A stretch of 63,902 nucleotides of DNA, the filler included, from Octopus bimaculoides (taxonomy: Eukaryota), in assembly GCF_001194135.2 (NCBI RefSeq). It is 5 parts of 5 records of this genome, joined end to end, with 100 filler letters (N's around TTAATTAATTAA, not from the genome) between each part and the next. Parts side by side here need not be neighbours in the genome. Positions count along the whole stretch, not along the records: positions 49,163 to 56,685 come from NC_069008.1; positions 56,786 to 63,902 come from NC_068993.1; 3 more parts are not named here. The stretch is one strand, 5' to 3'. Positions 53,876 through 63,902 of the stretch are shown here, piece by piece. Numbering within the stretch: the stretch's first letter is position 1; every line of letters begins with the position of its first letter. The notes below the pieces were generated by a model. That model saw only the letters and a list, made by a program, of their open reading frames with translations. It had not been told where the DNA came from and made no database searches. Made by a program: the position numbers and the translations under genes.

Positions 53876-53885
53876 ATCAGCCTGT

Positions 53886-54058
53886 AATTATTATTATTAT
53901 TATTATTATTTATTGTCTTTGCACAGCTTCTAACACTGGAGATGTACTACGGTACCAGCTGTTTATTACCATTGAACTAAGGTAACACCCTTACTGCAGC
54001 CCCAATTTGTTCCATGTACTTCTGAAGATTTTTACTCACTGTTTCCAAGACTCCGACA

Positions 54059-54062
<4 letters not shown>
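53886..54062 (-). mobile_element. Second, internally deleted 3'-end copy of the same R4-like family, bounded by (ATT)n on both sides
   Basis: tattgtctttgcacagcttctaacactggaga...taaggtaacaccc...ttgttccatgtacttc...actcactgtttcca matches 52027-52250. Confidence 0.8.
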
Positions 54063-54124
<62 letters not shown>

Positions 54125-54126
<2 letters not shown>

Positions 54127-55015
54127 ACGTCAGGCACAATAACAGTAGTTTGACAGAACTTGCCGAACATTTTGCTTCAAACGGCTGTAGTCCTTTTCCT
54201 GGTCAAAATATGCAACGCGCTCGAAAACGCAAGTGGTCTGTCGATATGAACAAAAAGGCAATTAATGCCATGAACAAGTCTTGCTAGACAAGAATAACGG
54301 TAAATGTAAAACTGTCGGGAAAAGATCATTAGAACTTTGGAACCAGCTGGGCATATTCCAGATTATTGAAAATGGGCTAATGAATCAAATAAGAATAATT
54401 TGAAATATTGGCTTTCCTAATGAGGCCTAGATTCAGACAGTCAGAAACACATCTGTAGTGCTGATAACCTCGAGGAGAAAAACGTAGGTGAATATCGGCG
54501 AATGCGTAGGCAAGGTGAAGTTGTAGTAGAGGAGAGGCCGTCTAATCAATATAATGTGCAGAACCCTGTATAACGAGAGGATATAACTGAGAAACCTCAG
54601 GATAAGACACGAGGATATAACAGAGACCAAGCCGGTGAATTTGAGAAGTTTTGACCAGAAGAAAGTGAAACGTGCGACCCAAAACGTTGATGAAATCCTG
54701 AACTACATTCTAGTAAAAGATCTAACGGGAACAAGGGACTTGATCAGATCCATTTCAATTTTGATAGGTGAACTGGTTGGAAAGAAAAAGAGAAAAGCAG
54801 ATGGACGGAAGGAGCCATGGTAGAAGCGGAGAACTGAAGGCGACATTAAAACTTTACGTAAAGATCTGAGTCGGATAGAAGAATCATCCAAAAGGCAGTG
54901 GAAAATGCTAAAAAAAGGTACAAGGGCATATCTTGATGCAAAATGCCGAACAGAAAAGAAAGGGTTCTAAACTGCTATCGAAACCCTGAAACAATGTGTG
55001 CGGGCAAAAACATTA
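54125..55015 (+). mobile_element. N-terminal ORF region of an R4-like LINE, in opposite orientation
   Basis: RKRKWSVDMNKK...LELWNQLGIFQIIENGLMNQIRII; QNVDEILNYILVKDLTGTRDLIRS; KEPW*KRRTEGDIKTLRKDLSRIEE; AIETLKQ. Confidence 0.65.
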
Positions 55016-55120
55016 AAGGTGCATGTTATGGTAACTGCTGGAGAAACAGTGCATGTTATGTACCCTAAGCTCTTCCACGTAACCTGCTATACAGTTGTGC
55101 TCTAAAAGTAAAGGCTTTCT

Positions 55121-55350
55121 TATTTCTTTACTGCCCACAAGGGGCTAAACATAGAGGGGACAAACAAGGACAAACAAACGGGTTAAGCCGATTACATCGA
55201 CCCCAGTGCGTAACTGGTACTTAATTTATCGACCCCGAAAGGATGAAAGGCAAAGTCGACCTCGGCGGAATTTGAACTCAGAACGTAATGGTAGACGAAA
55301 TAGCGCTAACCATTATCGCCTGGTGTGCTAATGTTTCTGCCAGCTCGCCG
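55121..55350 (-). mobile_element. SINE type 2, near full length
   Basis: Reverse complement of the 3435-3663 type. Confidence 0.9.
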
Positions 55351-55409
55351 CTGGCTTTCTATCCTGCAGTCGGTTGCCTGATTGTCACCGTCAAGGCTCC
55401 TACTGTAAA

Positions 55410-55930
55410 AAATCAAACACCGTTGAGAGCAATTCAAAACAATTGGATACACCACTCAGCTACTTGTAACTAGATGCAGTTGCTAGCATGTTCGGTGCCT
55501 GCAATTTCTATGCCAAGAACTTTACAGAAGTTACAAAAATTGTAGAGAGTTTTGAGGACAAAGGCATTTTGGTACAGAGAGCGAAAGAAGTTGTGCGAAA
55601 TCCTGAGATCAGAACTAACTTCATCAAAATCAGTTTAAACTATCTGTAGTTGAAAAAGTTGATTTTGAACGGCCTTCACTATCTATGATGCTTACAAAAG
55701 CCCCAAAGAATTGAAAGTCAACAAAGACCCACGTTGCATTATAAATTACATTGATTTTAGATTCAATAAAAAACTATCTCAATTTAACTAATGGACCCCA
55801 ACGTTTCACCCTTGGAGTATGGAGGTCTGAGACAATGTCAAGCGACATCAGCTGCTGCAGAACGCAGTTTTTTTATGCTGAAAAAAAATCCTTGACTGGA
55901 AGTTTTTGTCTACAAATATAAAGCATTATA
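55410..55930 (+). mobile_element. Decayed hAT-superfamily transposase C-terminal part
   Basis: QLLVTRC (cf. PVVTRW), ACNFYAKNFTEVTKIVESFEDKGILVQRAKE and QATSAAAERSFFMLKK (hAT dimerisation-type TS-x-x-x-ERSFS motif). Confidence 0.62.
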
Positions 55931-56198
55931 CCGTATTGTGCTATAATAAATTTCCACAAAAGTAATTTTTAAAAATTATTTTGATAATACACGTATATCA
56001 TAAAGTAATCAGAACTAGAGTGAACTCTCTACTGTTTATAGATTTATTAATAATAATAAGGTTAAAATGAGGTTAAAATTTGTCAATAAAAGTAAAAAAT
56101 AAGGTTAAAAAAGTATGAAAATAAAGTTTGAAAAGTATGAAAATAGGTTAAAATTGAGCAATTTTTAAGATTAAAGATATTACCAAAATAATACTTAC

Positions 56199-56244
56199 AG
56201 AAGAATAAAACAAGAAATAGACTCATTGTTAGCGTTTGCATGAT
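56199..56244 (-). CDS. Candidate start-codon exon (ATG at 56241-56239) encoding a signal-peptide core, MQTLTMSLFLVLFF; possibly the CTNS N-terminus
   Basis: Very strong acceptor ttttttctttcag and donor TCT|gtaagt; ends in phase 1 like the first coding exon of human CTNS; joins in frame to 51182-51223. Confidence 0.48.
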
Positions 56245-56398
56245 CTGAAAGAAAAAATGCTCAAAAATCAAAATATTTTATTTTATTGGTTTCAAATTTT
56301 GGCACAAGTACCAATCAAGCACAGGGGTCGATGTGATCGACTATTTCCCTGCCCTAAAACTCCAGGTCTTGTGCCTATAGTAGAAAAGATTATTATTA

Positions 56399-56438
<40 letters not shown>

Positions 56439-56685
56439 GTGGATCTATTTTAAAACGAGGGTCACATTTTTCATTAATGTTTTACGTAGTGTTTTTGGTA
56501 CGGAAAGACTTTCAAACTTCGTATACTTATCTATTTTGTGTTATAGAACAGAAAAATATTTTTGTATTCGAATTTATTTCATGTAAAAAATTGTCTTATT
56601 TCGATAATTTCAACCAATCACTGACAAGTATTCAGTTGTTTATATTTACTCCTTTGGCTGATTAAGCGATGTAAAGCGTATTTAA

Positions 56686-56785
56686 NNNNNNNNNNNNNNN
56701 NNNNNNNNNNNNNNNNNNNNNNNNNNNNNTTAATTAATTAANNNNNNNNNNNNNNNNNNNNNNNNNNNNNNNNNNNNNNNNNNNN
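56686..56785. other. Artificial contig join (N-TTAATTAATTAA-N)
   Basis: 12-mer at 56730-56741 flanked by N runs. Confidence 0.95.
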
Positions 56786-56891
56786 AGAGAGGGAAAGAGA
56801 GACAGAGGCAAAAACGAAGACGAAGAGAATTATAAAAGGAAAGAAAGAACGAAACTGAGAACGAAAAAAGAGAGAATTAAAAAAAAAATCA

Positions 56892-56938
<47 letters not shown>

Positions 56939-58087
56939 GAAACATCAGCAAAATCTGAGTTAACACCTCGATGTTTCATCTCGGTAAAGTAGAAATAAAA
57001 GTCTCGGGTCTTAGTTGGCAGAACCATTATTGAAACAATCTGCCACCACCAACACCACCATCGCCACCACTTTAACCATCGCAAACATCACTTCAGCCAT
57101 CATTTCCATCACCACTACCACCACTACCACCACTACCACCTCCAACACCATTACCCCTCAATACCATCACCACCACCACCATTTTGGTTCCCGCCGCCAC
57201 TGTCACTTCGCTTTAACAGATTCCAACCTGAAGCGAAGTATAGTCCAGATTAAAACATTTCAGCTCTTGAAATCGATGTTGACATTTCCGTTTATATTTG
57301 ATTTTATTTTTGTTCTCTATGTTATTTGTTTATTTGTTTTTGATGTTTTCTGATGTTTTTGATGTTTTGCAGCAAATTCTTCGATTAACTTTTCAATTTT
57401 ACTTTTCTCACTCTTTTATTCCACCGTCTTACGATCAAGTATTGAATGTAAAGATTTTACTGGTGAGCGCCGTAAACAGAATGACCGGACAAATAGCATA
57501 GCAAGAGAAAGTACGAGAGGGAGGGCCAGGGAGCGAGGGAGGGGAGAGAGAGAGAGAGGGAAGAGAGAGAGAGAGAAAGAGAGAGTGGGAAGGAGTAAGG
57601 CTGAAGGATAAATAGATTGGCAGATAGGGATGGATACTAGGAAAATTAATGGTGNNNNNNNNNNNNNNNNNNNNNNNNNNNNNNNNNNNNNNNNNNNNNN
57701 NNNNNNNNNNNNNNNNNNNNNNNNNNNNNNNNNNNNNNNNNNNNNNNNNNNNNNNNNNNNNNNNNNNNNNNNNNNNNNNNNNNNNNNNNNNNNNNNNNNN
57801 NNNNNNNNNNNNNNNNNNNNNNNNNNNNNNNNNNNNNNNNNNNNNNNNNNNNNNNNNNNNNNNNNNNNNNNNNNNNNNNNNNNNNNNNNNNNNNNNNNNN
57901 NNNNNNNNNNNNNNNNNNNNNNNNNNNNNNNNNNNNNNNNNNNNNNNNNNNNNNNNNNNNNNNNNNNNNNNNNNNNNNNNNNNNNNNNNNNNNNNNNNNN
58001 NNNNNNNNNNNNNNNNNNNNNNNNNNNNNNNNNNNNNNNNNNNNNNNNNNNNNNNNNNNNNNNNNNNNNNNNNNNNNNNNNNNNNNN

Positions 58088-58156
<69 letters not shown>

Positions 58157-59847
58157 GGTGTGAGAGGGAAAAATATTGAAGGATAAATACATAGGCTGAT
58201 AGATATAATTAAGGATGAATACAAGAAAAATTAATGTTCCCGTCCGTACAATACTAAAACACGTTACGTGAGAACCTCCAAGTGGTCGGTCGTCCTGCTA
58301 GAAATAGCAAGCAAATTTTATTTTTATCTGTCAGTTTTTTCAGTCATTTGACTACGGCCATGCTGAAGCACTGCCATGAATGGACTTTAGTTGAACGAAT
58401 CGACCCAGTTCTGATCTTTCTTTCTCAAAGCCTGGTATTTATTTCATTGGTCACTTTTTCTGGACGGTTGAGTAACAGGGACGTAAACACACCAACACCG
58501 GTGGTAGAGGACAAACGCAAGCACAGAAACACAGATACATACATATATATAAAATTTAATTAAGCAGCTGTTGAGCAATGTATCACCAAAAAGGTAAAAT
58601 ATTGTCATTAAATATGACAGAGGGTGTTAGAACACCGACAATGCTAGAAATAAGAGTTAAAGTTTTCTGCTGCTGCTGCAGTCAATGCACATAATTTTAC
58701 ATGTGTGTGTGTGTGTGTGTGTGTTTGTGTGACTGTGCTTGTCCCCCCAACATCGCATGACAACCGATGCTGGTGTGTTTACGTCCCCGTAACATAGCCG
58801 TTCGGCAAAAGGGACCGATAGAATAAGTACTAGGCTTACAAAGAATATATATATATGCATACAGTTATATATATTTACATATATATAAATATACATATAT
58901 ATATATATATATATATAAATATATATATATATANNNNNNNNNNNNNNNNNNNNNNNNNNNNNNNNNNNNNNNNNNNNNNNNNNNNNNNNNNNNNNNNNNN
59001 NNNNNNNNNNNNNNNNNNNNNNNNNNNNNNNNNNNNNNNNNNNNNNNNNNNNNNNNNNNNNNNNNNNNNNNNNNNNNNNNNNNNNNNNNNNNNNNNNNNN
59101 NNNNNNNNNNNNNNNNNNNNNNNNNNNNNNNNNNNNNNNNNNNNNNNNNNNNNNNNNNNNNNNNNNNNNNNNNNNNNNNNNNNNNNNNNNNNNNNNNNNN
59201 NNNNNNNNNNNNNNNNNNNNNNNNNNNNNNNNNNNNNNNNNNNNNNNNNNNNNNNNNNNNNNNNNNNNNNNNNNNNNNNNNNNNNNNNNNNNNNNNNNNN
59301 NNNNNNNNNNNNNNNNNNNNNNNNNNNNNNNNNNNNNNNNNNNNNNNNNNNNNNNNNNNNNNNNNNNNNNNNNNNNNNNNNNNNNNNNNNNNNNNNNNNN
59401 NNNNNNNNNNNNNNNNNNNNNNNNNNNNNNNNNNNNNNNNNNNNNNNNNNNNNNNNNNNNNNNNNNNNNNNNNNNNNNNNNNNNNNNNNNNNNNNNNNNN
59501 NNNNNNNNNNNNNNNNNNNNNNNNNNNNNNNNNNNNNNNNNNNNNNNNNNNNNNNNNNNNNNNNNNNNNNNNNNNNNNNNNNNNNNNNNNNNNNNNNNNN
59601 NNNNNNNNNNNNNNNNNNNNNNNNNNNNNNNNNNNNNNNNNNNNNNNNNNNNNNNNNNNNNNNNNNNNNNNNNNNNNNNNNNNNNNNNNNNNNNNNNNNN
59701 NNNNNNNNNNNNNNNNNNNNNNNNNNNNNNNNNNNNNNNNNNNNNNNNNNNNNNNNNNNNNNNNNNNNNNNNNNNNNNNNNNNNNNNNNNNNNNNNNNNN
59801 NNNNNNNNNNNNNNNNNNNNNNNNNNNNNNNNNNNNNNNNNNNNNNN

Positions 59848-59915
<68 letters not shown>

Positions 59916-61109
59916 CACGCGCGTGGGTGTGTGTGACGCACGTCATACACGATCTGAATTGCTCCGTTGTCGGTGTCTAACTTACAATTCTCATTTTTAA
60001 CCTATTTCTCTTTCCTTCTATTTTATTGTCAACGAAATTATTTCAACATCCACTTTGATAAAGGTCTTCTTTTTTCTTTGACTGAAATACCATGTTATTA
60101 AACGTATTGAAATGCTCTGATTACGGCTTTCACACTTATTCACTAAATTTCCTATTTGAATAAGTTCCTTACTATGTATTTCACGAAGTTTCTTACTACT
60201 CCATGTAACTATATTTTTTCTTATGATTGCACTTGACTATAATTCCGTTTCTATTATATTTCTCGATAATTCTTAGTTTTATATTTGACTATGCTTCTTA
60301 CGGTTATTTTCTCATTCTTTTTCCAATACATTACAGACATTTGTTAAACACGAACCTAACGAAAGGAAAGGGGTTTCTTTTGCCCCTGTAAAAATGATTA
60401 CTTTGCTAGCAATAAGGTTTCGATAATTGCTTTAAATTAGACACGAGACCAGCAGTTTTGAGGGTGGTACATTGTATTCTTGAGCGAAACACTTCACCTC
60501 ATGTTTCACTGCGACCACTTCGACACCTGACGCACGGTACCCTGTGCACCTGTTCGGACAACGTCGATTTGGTGGAGGGTTTGAGATAATGTGCGGCACA
60601 AACCTTTGGTCACTATAAACAAATCATTTGTGCAGATCGTTCGGATAAAGCTGAACGCTCACACGTCGTCTCCGAGAGGGGAGACCATCATCATCATTAT
60701 TATTATTGTTGTTATTGTTATTGTCTACCTAATTGTTTCCGCTTCCGCCCTGATAAGGGTCTTTGAATCTGAAATGTTGTTGCATTAAGAATACTCAAAC
60801 GTATCGATTACCGCTTTTCAGCTTATTTCTTGTTGATATACGTATATTTATTCCAACATATTCATACGTACGTGCATGCTTAAACATTCCCCTCCCATCC
60901 CAACCTCACAAGAGACAAACTATGAAGCCCGTGGAATTAATACTCTGAGATGTCTCCTGCATCATAAGCAACAGCTTGAAAATGTCATCAGGTTGCTAGC
61001 TACATATGAGACATGATGTCGTGTCTTAAACATACAAAAGTAATCCATGGAAAAGGATGGTTCTGCAGAAAATATAAATACGAAGTCATTGAGCGTGCTC
61101 GCTCATAAT

Positions 61110-61390
61110 TTAAAGGAATACTAATCGAATTTTCTCGTCTAAATTTCGGTGAAATACAGCCATGTTGGAGCAAAGACTTAATGACCCGTGACTTTTAGTT
61201 ACTTACTTGACCTCTTCGTTCTCTATGGAGAGCTAATATAGGTCTCAAGGTCATTAAGGCATAATTTGAAGGAATACGAATCGATTTTTACCGTCTACAT
61301 CTCGGTGAAATACTACTATAATAGAACACAGGCTTAATGACCTGGGACTCTTAGTTACTTATTTTACTCCTTCGTTCTCTAAGGGAGTAT
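61110..61390 (+). repeat. Diverged tandem duplication with ~157 bp period
   Basis: aaggaatac(t/g)aatcga...tcggtgaaatac...cttaatgacc...ttagttactta...ttcgttctcta occurs twice (~61112 and ~61269). Confidence 0.85.
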
Positions 61391-61698
61391 AGGCCATTGG
61401 CCACTTTTCTTCACTGTTCTCGAATCTGATTTGCCTTTTCGTCTCCCAGATCTGGTTGGTTTTGAACTGTCGCCGATGCTCCTATAACTCTACATGTTTC
61501 TAGCTAGGAAAGTTTGTCCTACATAAACCCATTTTCACTTCTAAAAAGAGGTGGTCTATGGTCACCTGACCTCTATCTTTTGGTCTGTATAGCAAAGGAG
61601 ACCCTGTCACTGGCTTGAGCTCCGCTACCGTAGCTCTCAGAATCATTAAAGCATACAAGACACCACACTGTAGCATGGACTGCACCTTGTAGAACAGG

Positions 61699-61934
61699 GG
61701 CAGCGAGCTGGCAGAATCGCTAACACGCCGGGCGAAAAGCTTAGCGGCATTTCGTCTGCCGTTACGTTCGGAGTTCAAATTCCGCCGAGGTCGACTTTGC
61801 CTTTCATCCTTCCGAGGTCAATTAAATAAGTACCAGTTACGCACTGGGGTCGATGTAATTCGACTTAATTAACCCATTTGTCTGTCCTTGTGTGTGCCCT
61901 CTGTGTTTAGCCCCTTGTGGGCAATAAAGAAATA
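61699..61934 (+). mobile_element. SINE type 2, near full length
   Basis: gcgagctggcagaatcgctaacacgccgggcgaaaagcttagcgg...ccccttgtgggcaataaagaaata. Confidence 0.9.
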
Positions 61935-62811
61935 AGAACAGGGGCGCTCTCCACCATTTTTATCCATTGGCCTTTTTGATTACTATTTTGTTGCGTGGAC
62001 CCAATCTGAAGGTTTAGTGGATGGGGTTTTCGGCTCACGATCGTAAGATCGTGAGTTCGATTCCTGCGATGCCTTCTGTCCTGCGATGTGTTCTGTACAT
62101 ATACATACATACAAACAAACAAACCTACATAGATATATGCATACATTCATGTAAACATTTGTACATGACCACCTCATTGATATCATGTAAATTCTATTGA
62201 AAGAGCTTCGTTTCTGCGTTCGAAACCGGATCGTTTGCTACCGGTGGTAAATTTGAAAATTAAAACCAGTACAACGAACACATGTACATACATACATACA
62301 TACATACATACATACATACATACATAAATACACCCACTCACACACAAACATACATGCAGGCATACATACATATACATGCATACATACAAACATTTCTAAA
62401 TATACATATACGTACATAAATAATTAAATTTTTTCCATTTCACATTCTAACACAACATTTTATTGTCGATGATGCAAGAGGCCAAAGTGACAGCGATACG
62501 AACTACACAGATGACCTTAAAAACACTGATAAGCTATTTGAAAAGCCTGATAAAAACAAAACATTGTCTGGCTTTATTAATAACAGAAAAATCAAAGTGT
62601 CGCTTGCTTGAGTTTGTTTTTCTAATTGTTGGTTTTAATATTTAGATTTTTAATAATACAAAATATTATAGATTGTTTATTTTCTAATTGTATTTCAAGT
62701 CAATTGACAGTCGAAAATGACTTCAGTAAAAAAAAGAAGAAAGAAAAAACGATTGGACAACCATTTCATTCCGCATATTACTTGGTGGGTTGTGATTCTC
62801 TGCTATTTTTT

Positions 62812-63237
62812 GCTTACTCTTTTACTCTTTTACTTGTTTCAGTCATTTGACTGCGGCCATGCTGGAGCACCGCCTTTTGTCGAGCAAATCAACCCTGTGA
62901 GTTATTCTTTGTAAGCCTAATACTTATTCTATCGGTTCTGTTTTTGCCGAACCGCTAAGTTACGGGGGACGTAAACACACCAGCATCGGTTGTCAAGCGA
63001 TAGTGGGTGACAAACACAGACACACAAACGCACATACACACATATATATTTATATATATATATACATATATATACGACGGGCTTCTTTCAGTTTCCGTCT
63101 ACTAAATCCATTCACAAGGCTTTGGTCGGCCCGAGGCAATAGTATAAGACACTTGCCCAAGGTGCCACGCAGTGGGACTGAACCCGGAACCATGTGGTTG
63201 GTAAGCAAGCTACTTACCACACAGCCATTCCTGCGCC

Positions 63238-63238
<1 letters not shown>
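62812..63238 (-). mobile_element. SINE type 1, full length
   Basis: Closely matches 49724-50140. Confidence 0.92.

Positions 63239-63308
<70 letters not shown>
63239..63308. repeat. (AAT)n microsatellite
   Basis: About 23 uninterrupted units. Confidence 0.95.
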
Positions 63309-63309
<1 letters not shown>

Positions 63310-63761
63310 GATTTTTTATTTACCACTGGATGAAAGTGGCTTCGGCTTGATGCTTTGACTTTCTAGAAACAATAGCAAAATTCCCTCGGATCAAATCCTT
63401 TCGGTTACTTAAAAAAGAAAAAATAATGAAGGACGCATTACATAATATTATCTCATTCATACAAAACGGGATGGGCACGGCTGGAATGAGTTTGATTGAT
63501 AGGTCTACTTGTGTAGAAATTACACAGGGTTAAGCAACAGCAGCAACTGAACTGGCAAGTAAAACAGCCGAATATACAATTAAAGAAAGAAAGAAAGAAA
63601 GATATAAGTATAGGTAGAACAATAGAGGCCTTCAGTTAAAATAAGGAATATGTGGTGTCATGGCTTGGAAAAAATGCCTACGAATTCCTCTTTGAAAATG
63701 CAGACAGGTAGAGACATATCAAGGCAGACTTGGCGTGGGCGGATGTATAATCGCAGACGTT

Positions 63762-63814
63762 GTCGTTGTTGGTGGTGGTGGTGGTGGTGATGGTCGTGGT
63801 AGTAGTAGTAGTAA

Positions 63815-63872
<58 letters not shown>

Positions 63873-63902
63873 GGGTGGCGTTGGTGGTCGTGGTGGTGGT
63901 GG
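63762..63902. repeat. (GGT)n/(GTA)n compound microsatellite
   Basis: Direct reading. Confidence 0.9.

Noticed and set aside
57433-63902. Head-to-head SHPK gene expected from human CTNS synteny
   Set aside because: No sedoheptulokinase-like exon recognised on the plus strand in this window.

Overview
AT-rich, microsatellite-dense eukaryotic DNA from a gapped assembly. The SINE, LINE and microsatellite landscape looks like a coleoid cephalopod, probably Octopus (inference). The only confidently identified host gene is cystinosin (CTNS) on the minus strand. Two internal exons are visible, 7014-7133 (120 nt) and 4192-4362 (171 nt); their sizes, phases and motifs match human CTNS coding exons 9 and 10 (ND-x-x-F-x-x-H, K-x6-K-Y-x-PQ). 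Two short minus-strand exons (56199-56244, 51182-51223) splice in frame to give a signal peptide, MQTLTMSLFLVLFFCAMCES. They may be the CTNS 5' end or belong to another gene; the intervening exons are not visible and could lie in gaps. The rest is intronic or intergenic and full of decayed elements: Helitron helicase, RTE, R4/Dong-like and Hero-like LINEs, a Gypsy integrase with 3' LTR, mariner/Tigger/hAT fragments, hAT- and piggyBac-type MITEs, Penelope-like remnants with hammerhead-like motifs, and several modular tRNA-derived SINEs. Four N44-TTAATTAATTAA-N44 blocks are artificial contig joins. I found no evidence for a wholly new multi-gene system. The most interesting signals are a near-perfect 76-bp hairpin with a template-switch signature beside a CTNS exon, sharp CpG-depleted versus CpG-normal domains, minimal hammerhead motifs, an R4 cluster at (TAA)n, and a 1.2-kb minisatellite with higher-order structure.
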